This document shows, piece after piece, positions 12,234 through 25,443 of a stretch of DNA of 64,000 bases. A model generated the notes under the pieces. The model was not told where the DNA came from. It did not search any database and saw only the letters and a program-made list of their open reading frames with translations. How positions within the stretch are numbered: position 1 is the first letter of the stretch; the number at the start of each line of letters is the position of its first letter. The translations under genes were made by a program, and so were the position numbers. Origin of the DNA: Okamejei kenojei (taxonomy: Eukaryota); NCBI GenBank assembly GCA_035221665.1, contig CM069135.1, positions 113,212,001 to 113,276,000 of the forward strand, given 5' to 3'.

Positions 12234-12342
12234 CTTGATACCTGTGTCTGATAAATGAGCGGCCTCGCTTAAGAACAGCGGCTTTGGTCTTCTCTATTCC
12301 ATCTTTAGTTCCCTCCTTCGCAGCTTTCATCAACTGTTGCAT
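12234..12342 (-). CDS. ARHGEF10: ARHGEF10 coding exon (109 nt): MQQLMKAAKEGTKDGIEKTKAAVLKRGRSFIRHRYQ
   Basis: Acceptor tcctccag|ATG, donor CAAG|gtgagt; phase 0 in and 1 out; matches the recalled MQKLVKAAKDGTKDGLERTRAAVKRGRSFIR; absent from the ORF track. Confidence 0.93.
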
Positions 12343-13439
12343 CTGGAGGATAACACAGCACTTAGTTCAACACACATTGTGGTAATCGCATTACAACGAA
12401 GATAAATTTCCCTTTGTATCCATTCATTGATTCACCAGGAACTACACTGTGGACAAGGACTCTGTTTCACCTGTGAGTCTGACCATAAGACCGTTACAGC
12501 ATAAGACATAGGAGCAAAATTAGTAATTCGGCCCATCAAGTCTGCTCCACCATTCTATCATGGCAGATCTATCTTTCCCTCCCAACCCCATTCTCCTGCC
12601 TTCTCCCGTGACGCTGGGTAACCTCAGCTGCTGTTTTGAGTTGACAGGTCTCAGCCAATTTTACAATGTCTCTCTGGAACAATTTTTTTTGAGCAAAAGT
12701 TATTGGGCAACTGAAGATTCATAAAAAACAATGTTCCATGCACAAGGCCTTTTCCATGTCCAAGCATGTACCAGTTAAAGAGCTAAACCAGTTATGTGCT
12801 GCATGGTGGTGCAGAGGGGCAGCGCGGTGGCGCAAGGGGGCAGCGCGATGGCGCAGCAGTAAAGTTGGGGTGAGAACTAATTAGAACTAACAGTTGTCAT
12901 GGATTCACTCATTCCATATCAACAGCCAACGGACAAATCTAACATGCCAAATGGTTATGGAGAAGAGAGGAAAGTATTGTGAACAGGTGCCTCGGTGATT
13001 CTGGGGTAATGGGTGCTGATTCATGAGAGAACTGGAGCTTTCCAGCTGGAATATGGTCACCATGAGCTTTGGGCTAGATCCAGAGCGCATTTATCCCCAG
13101 CTTTATGCCAATACTGGATACATCATAGAAACAGGCCCTTCCGCCCAAAATGTCCCTGCCGGATATGATGCCAAGGTAATCTAAACTTCTCTGCCTGCTC
13201 ATGTTCCAAATTCCCCCATTCTCAGAATATTCATGTGAAATCTTGTGACCCTATGGTATGTTACTTTAGCCCTTTGGTTTATAGAATACATTTCCATGCG
13301 TTGAACACTAAAAGGTGACTCAACATCAGACAGTTTAAGTTACATTTCCTGCACTGTAAGTGGATCACCATCAACATTCAGACTCACTCCCTCAACCTTT
13401 GTTGCTGACTGATTTTTCATCTAATTATAAATATGTTGA

Positions 13440-13830
13440 GTGACACAAAATGCTGGAGTAACTCTGCGGATCAGGCAGCATCTCAGAAAAGGAATAGGTG
13501 ATGGTTCGGGTCGGAGCACTTCTTCAGAAGGAAAGGCGGTGGGAGGGAAGGGGAGGATAAAACTGGAGGCGAGAAAAGGTCAGAACAAATCAGGGCCGGC
13601 AACAGATGACCTCAGGAAGGGTGGTCCCCATTATGGCCCATCGTTGGCTGGGGAAGATGAGAGGGATGCAAGGATGTGAACAATGGAACTATGAGGATGA
13701 CTGGGGCTGGGGGAGGGATAGACCGAGGGGTGGGCAGATGGGGGGGGGGGGGGGGAAGGAAGGAAATGCAGGTGTTACTTGAAATTCGAGAAATCAACAT
13801 TCATACCGCTGGGTTGTAAGCTGCTCCAAT
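13440..13830 (-). mobile_element. Penelope-like 3' end/terminal repeat fragment
   Basis: Reverse complement of gcagcttacaacccagcggtatgaatgttgatttc and of the ctgaagaag...ccgaa motif. Confidence 0.65.
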
Positions 13831-14340
13831 GGAAAGGTTGACCTTGTTTTAGATCCTATACACAGTGCAGACTTTCTACCCTTGCAAAATGAAGTAAATG
13901 AACAGAAAATCACACTTTGATCTGTTGCATTCCGAAAGCCTGCGTGATGGTGCAGTGATTATATTTCAACAGTTCAGGGCATCTAAAGGTGCAGCTCTGA
14001 TGTAAAAGATTAGATGGCAGACTGCAGCCACACAACACACTCGACCGGTGCTCACTGCCCCAACAACAGACCTTTGTGTCTCCTTGTGTAGAACCCACTC
14101 TGTGCGTTCCCACCACATAAATGTGCCACAATGAGGTGTTGTTACACCCACACAGAAAAATACAAAGCTCGTGTGTTTGGTGACTGTCAGACGTCCATTG
14201 CAAGGTACATAATTAACAGTTCAAGGGATCATTCATCATCTCTCTCTCTCCACAAACGTTCAATGAGACTCACATTTTATCACAGACTATAATGTACAAA
14301 ATATTACCATGCAGTTCATAATAATACAGCATGGGAACAT

Positions 14341-14435
14341 CAGTCTGAAGAAGGGTCTCGACCCGAAACGTCGCCTATTCCTTCTCTCCACAGATGCTGC
14401 CTCACCCGCTGAGTTTCTCCAGCATTTTCTGTCTG
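14341..14435 (+). ncRNA. Penelope terminal-repeat fragment with minimal hammerhead-ribozyme-like core
   Basis: CTGAAGA(14345-51) A GGGTC-TC-GACCC GAAA(14365-68) CGTC. Confidence 0.55.
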
Positions 14436-15179
14436 CTATAGAAACAGACCCTTTGGCCCAACTTGCCCATGCCGACCGACACACCTGACGTACGTTAGTC
14501 CCACCTGCCCACTTTTGGCCCATATCCCTCTAAACCAATCCTATCCATGTACCTGTCCAAATGTCTTTTAAAGGTTGTTATAGTACCTGCCTCAGCTATC
14601 TCCTGAGGAAGCACGTTCCATATACCCATTACCCTTGTACCCTCGGTGTGAAAAAGTTGCCCAGGTTCTCTATTCCCCTACTCTGGGTAAACAATGTGCA
14701 TTTTGCCCTATCTATTCCTCTCATGATCTTACACGTCTCTATGAGATCACCCCTCATGCTCCTGCGCTCCAAGGAATAACGTCTTAGCCTGTCCATCCTC
14801 TCCCTATAGCTCCATCTAGGTTAACACCATTTGCCCATGTTCGGCCAATATCCCTCTGAACTTTCATTTTCATGTACCTGTCCAAATGTCCTATCAAATG
14901 TTGTCATTGTACCTGCCTCAACTAATTATTTTTGCAGCTTGTACCAGGCTGCCTAAGTAAGGGGTCATTTGAAGCATGAAGCCTTTTTGACTTCCATCAA
15001 TGAAAGTCGCTTGAAAATATATCTTGTATCAGTTGTAGCTGAGAAAGAAACTCTCTTTCGCGTTTACATCATGAAAGTTTCACGGAAAATGGATTGAAAT
15101 TGGTCACACATCAAGGAGGACAACCAGGTGATGCCATCCACCTGATTGGACTCAAGTCTGCCTTTTCCTCGGGTCACTG

Positions 15180-16920
15180 TTACAGATATTAGATCGTCCT
15201 TCCTGAGGGTGAACTCATGGAAAACAACTGACCAGGATGGAGTCCCTGGCCGTGATCTTAAACTGCGTGGACCAACTAGCGGGAGTGTTCATGGACATCT
15301 TTAATCTCTTCCTCCTCAATTCTGAGGAACCCACCTGCTTCAAGAAGACCACTACCATCCCATCCCAGTGCCAAAGTAATGCAAGATTTCATACCTTAAC
15401 GACTACCGTACAGTGTCCTTGACATCCACCATCATGAAGTGCTTTGAGAGGCTGGTTATGGTTATAAACACATTAAATCCAGTGTGACAAGTAACTTTGA
15501 TCTGCTACAGTTCACCTACCCACCACCATAGGTCAATCTCCTGATGTCATCTCTCTGGGCCTACACTCATCCCTGGAACACCTTGATAAGAAGGACATCT
15601 GCTATTCATAGGCTACAGCTCTGCTTTCAATGCCATCATCCCAAACTAGTTCATCTCCAAACTCATGAAACATGAAGTCAGCACTTATCTCTGCAACTGG
15701 ATCCTCAACAGAACAACAGACCACAATCAGTGAGGATAGGTGACAAATCATTCTCTACAATAATCCACAACACTAGTGCCCTGCAAGGATGTATTCTCAG
15801 CCCCCTCCTTAGGACCACATCCAGTTAATCCAAGCACCCATAGGCATGTCAACCAGAAGCTGGAAATTATTTCATTCCACACGGCACTTCATTAGCACTT
15901 TCTAACTTGTTTTTCTTCAAGACAGCAAGGGATTGGAATACCCTACCAGCCAGCATCAGAGATCTCCAAAACATTAACACATACAAAGATGCACTCTAAA
16001 AGCATCTCCATCTCGACTAGCACGTCCACCACCATCATAGTGCTGAGTGATGCTCTATCTAGAGCTTTTCAGCGTATTACATCCAGATCCAGTATACTCC
16101 TTATACATTCATGACTGTGCAGCCAAATACCAATCCAACTCAATTTACCGGTTCAGAAGACACCACTGTCGTGGGCTGGATGTAAAACAACGAAGAGACA
16201 GAGTCAGGAAGGAGATTGACAACCTTGTAATCTAGTGCCAAAACAACAGTCTCTCCCCCAATGACAGGAAAACAAAGGAGACTGTGATTGATTTCAGAAA
16301 TGGCGTCAATAGCTTCAATAGTTCTGAGGAGTAAATATCAGCAGCAATTTGTCCCGGACTAGCCACATCAAAGCAATGACTATCGAAGATGTGCCATAGA
16401 AAGCATTTTATCGGGATGCATCATAGCATGGTTTGGAAACACGACCACAAAACATTGCAGACAGTCGTGGTCGCAGCCCAGACCATCATGCAAACCAACC
16501 TCCCTTCCATTGACTCCAACTACATTTCATGCTGCCTCAACAAGGCCACCAGCATAATCCAGGACTAATCTCACTCCAACCGATCCCTCTTCTCCCTCTC
16601 CCAAAAGGCAAGAGGCACAGGAGTTTTAAAATGCATACTTCCAGATTCATGGACAGTTTCTTCCCGGCTATTATCAGGCAACTGAACCATCCTCTCACCA
16701 GCTAGAGTGTTGTCCCGACCTACCATCTACCTCATTGGAAGCCTTCAAACTATCTCTAATCGGACTTTATCTTGCACTATACGTTACACCTTTTATCCTG
16801 TATCTGTACACGGTGGATGGCTTGATTGTAATCATGTATAGTTTTCCACTGACTGGAGAGCACGAAACAGAAAAAGCTTTTCACTGTACCTCGGTACACA
16901 TGACAATAATAAACTAAACT
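15180..16920 (+). mobile_element. Rex1/Babar-type LINE, decayed, interrupted at about 15810-16095
   Basis: CVDQLAGVFMDIFNLFL...PTCFKKTT, IMKCFERLV-type RT remnant, tail cacatgacaataataaactaaact. Confidence 0.8.
15810..16095 (+). mobile_element. 3' fragment of an unrelated LINE (L2/CR1 group) nested in the Rex1 copy
   Basis: FFKTARDWNTLPASIR-type C-terminus and an ATCCAG-repeat tail; the Rex1 sequence resumes after it. Confidence 0.5.
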
Positions 16921-17304
16921 AGAAAAGGAAACAAAGCAATTTTAAAACATTGGAGATGAGGCAAAAACTTGTCTGATCTCACCGGTGTTCACATAAATCA
17001 AACACTAATTATAGGATGTTGAATGAATGTGAACAAGATCTTGCAGTTTCTCACACGGGAACTCCGATATAATGAGAAGGTGCAACGTGTTTTGTTTATT
17101 GCCGTGGGTACTTATCTGCAGGTTTGTTAAATTAGTAAAACTGCAATTATGACTGTTCAAACCAAGCCTTGCAGGGATTTGTTTTTGAATATTCATCATA
17201 CAACCTTAAAAATACTTTACGGGTTGTTGACAGACCATTCTTTGGTTCAGCATGTGTAGATTTTGCTATTTTAATTTTTTAATACTTTGTTCTCATTTTC
17301 ACTG

Positions 17305-17610
17305 AGGTGGGCACAGTGGCACAGCAATAGATGAGTTGCTTCCTTACAGTGCCAGAGACCCGTGTTCGATCCTGACTGTGGGTGCTGTCTCTACGGAGTT
17401 TGTACTTTCACCCTGCGACCAGGTGCGTTTTCTCCAGATGCTCCAGTTTCCTCCCGCACTCCAAAGATGTACAGGTTTATAGGTTGATTGGCTTTGATAA
17501 AATTGTAAATTGTCCCTAGTAGGATAGTGCTGGTGTATGGTGGTTGCTGGTCGGCACAGACTTGGCGGGCTAAAGGACCTGTTTCTGCACGCATATCTCT
17601 AAAGTCTAAA
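17305..17610 (+). mobile_element. V-SINE (HE1-like)
   Basis: tRNA-like head, gttcgatcc B-box, ggagtttgtac V-domain, tail atctctaaagtctaaa. Confidence 0.8.
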
Positions 17611-17929
17611 AGGTCACTGCTACCATCGGGAATGGAGGGAGAGACGTACAGAAGCCGGAAGTCCCACACCACCAGGTTCAGGAACAGCTACTTTCTTTCA
17701 ACCATAAAGTTGCAGAACCAACTCGCTCAACACCAGCTCTACCTTGACAACGGAACACTGCAGATCACCACGTCCACTGTTATGGGGCTTTTTAAATATA
17801 ATTATGTTTTTGCACTAATGTTTTGCTTTATGCAGTCTTCTCTCTTTTATGGAATACTTTGTGTTCCATATATATAATTTATGTTTCATATGTTGCCTGC
17901 ATCGATGTGCCTGAGATATTGTTGCAATC

Positions 17930-18835
17930 AATCAGTTTTATTCATCACATACACAATAAAGTGCAGTGAAATGAATTTTGCCAGCAGCGGTACAATCAAA
18001 AAAGAACACACAATACACAATAAAAATTTAACACAAACATCCACCACAGCATTCTTCACTGTGGTGGAAGGTACAAAGTACAGTCAGTCCTCCTCCATTG
18101 TTCCACCATGGTCGGGGCCATAAACCTCCGCAGTTGCCGTTCTGGGCGGCCAGATGTACAGGCCCTCTCGTCGGGATGGTAAGTCCTGAATCGGCGCTTC
18201 CCTACCGGAGACCTCCGCTTCAGGATGTTGTAGGCCGCAGGCCAGCGGGTGCAGCTCTTCTCCGGGGATCCCCAGCGAGGGATCCCGCTCCGGATGGTAA
18301 GTCCACGCCGCGCCCACAGCTAGAAGCTCCGCAGACCGCTGCTTCGGGATGTTATCGGCCGCGGGCCGGCAGTCGGAGCTCTTCTCCAACGATCCCTAGT
18401 GAGGGGTCCCAGGCTGCGGATGCTGCGCCCGCGGATAGAAGCTCCGCAGACCGCGGCTTCAGGCTGTAACAGTCCGTGGGCCAGCGATTGGAGCACTCCC
18501 TTCTTGCGACGCCGGCATTGGTTCGCCCGCTCCGCGATGAAAAGTCCACGCTGCGCCTGCTGCTGAAACTCCGAGCCCTATTCCGGGAAAGGCCGCACCA
18601 ATCCATGGTGTTAGGCCGCGAGGGAGGCCACATGGAAAAAGTCGTCTCTCTGTGGAGGAGGCGACCAAAAGCGGTCCCTCCTTACCCCCTCTCACCACCC
18701 CCCACAGAAGACACACCAAGAGACATTGAAACACACATTTGGACACACTAAAAAAAAACAAAAAACGCAGAAATGGCGAACACGCGGCTGGCCGGTCAGC
18801 CGTCTCGCAGCGCCCCCACCGACCAGACCGGCACC
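17930..18835 (-). mobile_element. GC-rich non-autonomous retroposon (conserved-hairpin family)
   Basis: (ATTG)n tail, hairpin ccttccaccacagtg...ctgtggtggatg (minus strand), CpG-rich body with an internal direct repeat, T-rich block near the 5' end. Confidence 0.55.
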
Positions 18836-19374
18836 GATCAAGCACAAGAAACTGAAGTTCTTGAGCAAGACACAAAATGCTGGAGGAACCCAGCGGATCA
18901 GGCAGTATCTGTGGAGGGAATGGACAGGCAATGTTTGTATCGGGACCTTTATTCAGGCTGATTGTAGTAGAGGGGAGAAAGATGGAAAAGAGGTGAGAGT
19001 GGGACAAAGCCTGGCAAGTGTTAGGTGGATACAGAGAGGGGGTTATGTCATTTACTCACACCCATTAAAAACAAACCCTCACCTGTGTCCACCTGTCGCT
19101 TGCCAAGCTTTGTCCCACTCCCACCTCTCTTCCATCTTTCTCCCTCTTATTACCATCAGTCCAAAGGTTCCGACCTGAAACATCATCTGTTCATTCCCTC
19201 CGCAGATGCTGCCCGGCCCACTGAGTTTTTCCAGCACTGTTGTGTTTTGTTCAAGATTTTCATTGTACCTGCATCCTCATAGTGCTTATGAATATGACAA
19301 TAAACTCAACTTGACTTGATATATTTGATAGGAAGAGGCAGATTAGGAAGAGCAGCAGCATCTAAGGAGCAGGT

Positions 19375-19670
19375 TGGGCGGCACAATGGCACAGCGGTAG
19401 AGTTGCTGCCTTTCAGTGCCAGAGCCTCACGTTCGATCCTGACTAGGGGTGCTGTCTGTATGGAGTTTGTACGTTCTCTTTGTGACCGTGTGGGATTTCT
19501 ACGGGCGCTCCAGTTTCCTTCCACACTCCAAAGACATGGATGTTTGTAGGTTAATTGGCTTCCGTAAATTGACTCCAGTGCATAGGACAGAACTTGTGTA
19601 CGGGTGATTGTTGGTCAGACTCGGTGGGCCAAAGGGCCTGTTTCCACTCTGTATCTCTAAACTAAACTAA
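19375..19670 (+). mobile_element. V-SINE (HE1-like)
   Basis: gggcggcacaatggcacagcggtagagttgctgcc head through tail ctctaaactaaactaa. Confidence 0.85.
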
Positions 19671-20224
19671 GTTGCCACTGAAATGCGAGACCTGTGACAA
19701 TTGACCAATTCTGTTACATGTTCTCATCATAAGATAAGCCCCCCCTGGTACTGTACTTCAAGCAGTTGGGTCAGTGGGGCATTGGAGCCAGTTGGTGGAT
19801 GGGTGTGAGGAGGTCAAAGAGACTACAGCATGGTAGCAGGCCCTTTGGCAAAACTTGCCCATACTGACCAACATGCCCCATCTACACTAGTCCCACCTGC
19901 CTGTGTTTGGCCCATATCCCTCTAAACCTTTACTATCTACATATCTGTCAAATATGTTTTAAATATTGTCAGCCCACGTCAGCAGAGGAATTTTGGGGAA
20001 TAGGTAGAGGATGGTGGCACTATGTTGTGTAGGGTGCTAGTGGCGGGCACGGCATCTTGTGGTGGAGAACCTGGAGAAGACCAGTGAGGAAAGCAGCACT
20101 TGAAGACATGGGTAGAGAGTTCAACAGCAATGCTAGGGGGCTGTAGAGGAATCTCATGGTTGTAGAGTTGCGGACTGTGAGATGGGCTGACTTGGATTAC
20201 CACAACAACGTGCTCCACTGCAGG

Positions 20225-20515
20225 GTGCTGCGCAGTGGTGCAGCGGTAGAGTTGCTGTGTCACAGCGCCACAGACCCGGGCTCGAACCTGACTATGGGTA
20301 CTGTCTGTACGGAGTTTGTACGTTCTTCCCAAGACCACATGGATTTTCTCCGGGTGCTTCTGTTTCCCCCCACATTCCAAAAACGTGCAGGTTTGTAGGT
20401 TATTTGGCTTCGGGAAAAATTGTAAATTGTCCCTAGTGTGTAGGATAGTTAGTGAACTGGGTGATCGTTGTTCGGGCGAAGGGCCTGTGTCCGTGCTGTA
20501 TCTCTAACCTCTAAA
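20225..20515 (+). mobile_element. V-SINE (HE1-like)
   Basis: Same head, V-domain and tail. Confidence 0.8.
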
Positions 20516-20589
20516 GTCACTGGCAATGCTCCCAAAGTAGCCACGCGCAGTGACATTGTCACATGCAGCCCTGAGGCAGAAGTTACATT

Positions 20590-21070
20590 GATTGATTAAG
20601 GTTTATTTAAATAGGGACAGATACAAAAACATAGATACACTTGAAACAGTCATCTGATGTATGCATCATAGTGTTTTTAGCCAAAGCTAATTCGCAACAC
20701 TTGTCCCTAGTAGGGCTTTTGGTTAAAAATGATAATACAGATTAACATTATTAAAAATAGGAAAATGGAAATGGAAATGAGATAAAAAATGGAAAAGAGA
20801 AAAAGACATACAGAGAGAGCACAGTGTAAAAACTAAATGTGAGGACAAGATTGTTGTTGAATTAGCCACAATTTTGTGTTTCTTTTGAATGTGACACATG
20901 TAGGGATACATTTCAAGTGGTCTGGCCGTGAGTTCCATAATTTTGTCTCCTTTACTGAAAAGGCAGTTTGAACAAAAGATGTTCTGCAGAAGGGGATACT
21001 ACAATTGCCTTTTGACGCTGCTCGGGTGGTGGATCTGGTACCATTTAGTAGCAAGGGTGACTCATTACAG
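20590..21070 (-). mobile_element. L2/Crack-group LINE 3' fragment
   Basis: ORF 20833-21054 TRAASKGNCSIPFCRTSFVQTAFSVKETKLWNS...FKRNTKLWL; aataaa plus (TCAA)n tail. Confidence 0.6.
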
Positions 21071-21219
21071 GAAACAACTGGTCATGTTCCTCATTTGGCC
21101 TGCTGTCAGTAACACCTGGGCCTGCTGTCAGTAACACCTGGTTTTCTGCTTCTGAATGGCAGGGAATAAAAAAGGTCCAACATAATCCATTTCTACCCAA
21201 CCCAAATGAACATCCATTT

Positions 21220-21530
21220 AGACTTTAGATTTCAGAGATACAACGCAGAAACAAGCCCTTCGGTCCACCGATTTGACACCGACCAGTGATCACCCCGTAC
21301 ACTGACACTAGCCTACACACCAGGGACAATTTACAATTTTCTTACCAAAGCTGATTAACCTACAGACCTGTACATCTTTGGAGTGTCAGAGGAAACTGGA
21401 GCACCCGGAGAAAACCTGCGCGGTCACAGGGGGAACGTACAGAATCCATACAGACAGCACCTATAGTCAGGGTCAAATCCATGTCTCTGGCGCTGGGAGG
21501 CAGCAACTCTAACATTGTCCCACTGTGCTG
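21220..21530 (-). mobile_element. V-SINE (HE1-like)
   Basis: Reverse complement of the SINE consensus seen elsewhere in the window. Confidence 0.8.
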
Positions 21531-22344
21531 TCCCCTTCTCCCACCATCTCCATGCCCCCTCAGTCACCCTTCTCCTTCCCACTCCTTAGAACACTCATCT
21601 CCCACCCCGAGTCCATCATTTCTCTTTTATCCCCTTCGTTCCCCTTCCCCTATCATTTTCCACCTGCATCCCTCCATCTGCCTACATTTCACTCCTCTTC
21701 TTTCCTCATCTGACATCCTTTTTACCTCTTGCCTTTGTCACTTACTTCACCCATTGCCACTCAAGCCGCCCTCACCTGCATTCATATGTCACTTGCCAAT
21801 CCTGCGCCAATCTTTCTTTTCAAGCTTCCTGGCAGTGTGAAGAAGGGTCTCAAAGCAAAATGTCATCCGTCCATTCCCTCCACAGATGCTTCCTCACCCA
21901 CTGAGCTCCCCCAGCAGTTTGTGTTTTGCTCAAAATTCCAGCATATGAAGTTTCTAGTGTCTCCATGGTTTAACCTGCTGCATTCCATGCTGACTCATCG
22001 AATAGGGACATGGTCAACTGCCTGCACCACTATTACTAGTACTGAGGAACATTTAAAGAAAATAATAATACATATGCGGCTGATAAAATGGACAGAAGCA
22101 GTTCCTGACTGATCAATTCTTGACTAGTTGATAACATGACCTACTGCTGTATACAGAAGTTACAGTACAGTTTGCTTCCCACACTGAAGGTTATGTTAAA
22201 TGTTCACAGTATTGTCATAGTACATATGACAAATGAGGTAGCACTTGGCTTGTTGAATTATTGCCATCTTCCAGCAAAGCAATCACATCAGACACATCAT
22301 AACATACCCATCAACATTCTTTCCCACATCTCCATCAACTCAAG

Positions 22345-22822
22345 GGTGGCACAGCAGTGCAGCGGTCCTGGTGCTGCCTTACACTGGGTTCGACACCGAC
22401 TACGGGTGCTGTCTGTATGGAGTTTGTATGTTCTCCCTGTGACCTGTATGGATTTTCTCCGGGAGCTCTGATTTCCTCCCACATTCCAAAGACGTAGAGG
22501 TTTGTAGGTTAATTGGCTTCGGTAAAATTGCCAGTGTGTTTGGGATAGTGCTAGTGTCCGGGGTCACGAGTCGGCACAGACTTGGTGGGCCGAAGGGCCT
22601 GTTTCAATGCTGTAACTCCAAGCTACGTAAACTAAAATAAACTTTTTTGCCACTTACCTAAACTAAAGGGTGACTTACAACTGGCCAATAAATCTACCAA
22701 CCTGGAAACCGGAGCACCCGGAGGAAAATGGTCACGGGGAGACCGTGCAAACTCCACGCAGACAGCACCCGAGGTCGGGATAGAACCCGGGTCTCTGGCG
22801 CGGTAAGGCACCACTGTGCCAC
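22345..22822. mobile_element. Two V-SINEs tail-to-tail (+ 22345-22635, - 22680-22822)
   Basis: Head and V-domain motifs on opposite strands. Confidence 0.7.
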
Positions 22823-23569
22823 TTGATTATTCAATTCCCCTCGGAGGAAACAAGAGCAGTTTGTGAATTTTCCTAATTACATGCTATATTTGCACTATCC
22901 TTTGTGTAATTCAGGCACTTGGGCTCTTTTAATCCCTCCCATCTTTATGATCTCTCCCCATCTGGGAAATGTGTTTCTTGTTTTATTTTTCTTGCCAAAT
23001 GCCAAATTCTCCCACGTTATTATTTCTCCTTGCCAGATCTTTGCCCACTCACTGAAACGATCTATTTTCCCTTTGTTACCCCCCCCCTATGTCTTCACAA
23101 CTGAGACAATAATTTTGCACTGTTTAATATATAATTAGGAAGACTATCAGCTGAAGCCTGACACACATTTTACACTTCAATCTAACTTTTCTGGGCTTTA
23201 TCTTGCTCTAATCGTTACTCCCTTTATCCTGTATCTGTGCACTGTGGAAGGTTTGATTGTAATGATGTCTGGTCTTTCCGCTGACTGGATAGCACGCAAC
23301 AAAAAAGCCTCTCACCCGGTGCACTTGACAATAAACTAATCTAAACTACACAGCTGATATACTTTACTGAGAAAAAAATCATCAGGTTTTGAACTAGACT
23401 TGAAATTCCAAGCTTGGAATTTGGTTATGTAATTGTGCACCTGACTGACTCCACAGTTACACAAATAAGAGCACAAATATCCTACAGAATGTATCTAAAC
23501 AATACGAGGAATTTGTTGGATTCACAGCGGAGTTTTAGAAATGTGAAATTCCATCTATTCAGAAGAACC

Positions 23570-24882
23570 AACATTTATTTATTTGCCTCTGTACGTCACA
23601 ATTTCAGATTTGTAACAGAAAAAAAATCACATGTGGTTAAGGTGCACATTGTCAGATTTGAATAAAGGCCACTTTTATATATTTTGGTTTCACCATGTAG
23701 AAATTACAGCTGTGTTTATACATAGTCCGCCCATTTCAGCGCACCATAATGTTTGGGACACATGGCTTCACAGGTCTTTGTAATTGCTCAGGTGTGTTTA
23801 ATTGCCCCCTTATTGCAGGTATAAGAGAGCTCTCAGCACCTAGTCTTTCCTCCAGTCTTTCCATCACCTTTGGAAACTTTTATTGCTATTTATCAACATG
23901 AGGGCCAAAGTTGTGCCAATGAAAGTCAAAGAAGCCATAATGAGACTGAGAAACAAGAATAAAACTGTGGGGACATCAGCCAAACCTTAGGCTTACCAAA
24001 AGTAACTGTTTGGAACATCATTAAGAAGAATGCAAGCACTGGTGAGCTTACTAATTGCAAATGGACTGGCAGGCCAAGGAAGACCTCCACAGCTGATGAC
24101 AGAAGAATTCTCACTATAATTTTAAAAAAAACACCTCTCTGACAGATCAGAAACACTCTTCAGGAGTCAGGTGTAGATTTGTCAATGACTATTGTCCGCA
24201 GAAGACTTCATGAACAGAAATACAGAGGCTACACTGCAAGATGCAAACCACTGGTTAGCCGCAAATATAGGATGGCAAGAGCAAAGTATGGAGGAGAGAA
24301 GGAACTGCCCAAGATCCAAAGCATACCACCTCATCTGTGAAACACAGTGGTGGGGATGTCATGACCTGGGCATGTATGGCTGCTGAAGGTACTTGCTCAC
24401 TTATCTTCATTGATGATACAACTGCTGATGGTAGTAGCATAATTAATTCTGAAATATATAGACAAATCCTATCTACTCAAGTTCAAACAAATGCCTCAAA
24501 ACTCATTGGCCACGGTTCATTCTACAACAAGACAATGATACCAAGCATTCTGCTAAAGCAACAAAGGAGATTTTCAAAGCTAAAAAATGGTCAATTATTG
24601 AGTGGCCAAGTCAATTACCCGACCTGAACCCAATTGAGCATGCCTTTTATATGCTGAAGAGAAAACTGAAGGGGACTAGCCCCCAAAACAAGCATTAGCT
24701 AAAAAAGGCTACAATACAGGCCCGGCAGAGCATCACCAGAGAAGACAACCAGCAACTGGTGATGTCCATGAATCGCAGACTTTAAGCAGTCATTGCATGC
24801 AAAGGATATGCAACAAAATACTAAACATGACTACTTTCATTTACATCGCATTGCTGTGCCCCACATTATGGTGCCCTGAAAT
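23570..24882 (+). mobile_element. Tc1-family DNA transposon, truncated TIRs and internal deletion
   Basis: KHSGGDVMTWACMAAEGT, QDND...WPSQLPDLNPIE remnants; colinear with the 58809-61266 copy. Confidence 0.85.
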
Positions 24883-25125
24883 TCGACGTTGGGGTACCAT
24901 CTTTCCCGGCAAGAGGGCCTGAACATCGGGCCACCCGTAGCGGCGACTGCGGGGGGCTCGGGAGGCCACAACCACGGGTGAACATCGGGGAACTGCAGGT
25001 TGACTGGACTTTGGTGCCTTCCCTCACAGCGGGGAACTTTGGTGCCGCTGTGGGGATGTTTGTGTTGTGGACTATCGTGTTCTGTGTTTTTGTTTTATTT
25101 TATTCGTATGACTGTATGGGAAATA
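24883..25125 (+). mobile_element. Fragment of the GC-rich conserved-hairpin retroposon family
   Basis: ggactttggtgccttccctcacagcgg...ccgctgtggggatg followed by a T-rich block. Confidence 0.5.
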
Positions 25126-25329
25126 GCAAATTAAGTCCACGGTCAGAACTGAAGAAAATTCCTTCAAGCAATCAGCTCAGAAGAGAAGAAGTGTCTAAAA
25201 AGTCAGTTTGGGAAAAGCATGATCAAGTTTGGAAAGGTTCCAGTTTTATTCCTGAAAAGGCTCATTAGAGGTAGCAAGGTTACAAGCAAGCACTCTGTAC
25301 CAATGTTGCACTCCCGCACAAGGAAGTAC

Positions 25330-25443
25330 CTTCCGCTCCTGTTTCTGCTTCAGTTGCTGCAGTTCCACACTTCCAACAGCATTTGCCAATTCCTTCATCT
25401 TCTTCTCATAATGCTCTTTTAATCGACTTATGTCTTGGGAAAG
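25330..25443 (-). CDS. ARHGEF10: ARHGEF10 coding exon (114 nt): LSQDISRLKEHYEKKMKELANAVGSVELQQLKQKQERK
   Basis: Acceptor tctag|CTT, donor AAG|gtactt; phase 0/0; matches the recalled LSHDLTRLKEHYEKKMRDL coiled-coil segment. Confidence 0.92.

Noticed and set aside
17305-17380. tRNA-like A/B boxes (many copies)
   Set aside because: SINE heads followed by V-domain and LINE tail, not tRNA genes
21098-21141. Short tandem duplications (also 12816-12858, 37244-37287, 50400-50440)
   Set aside because: Ordinary slippage or repair duplications with no further structure
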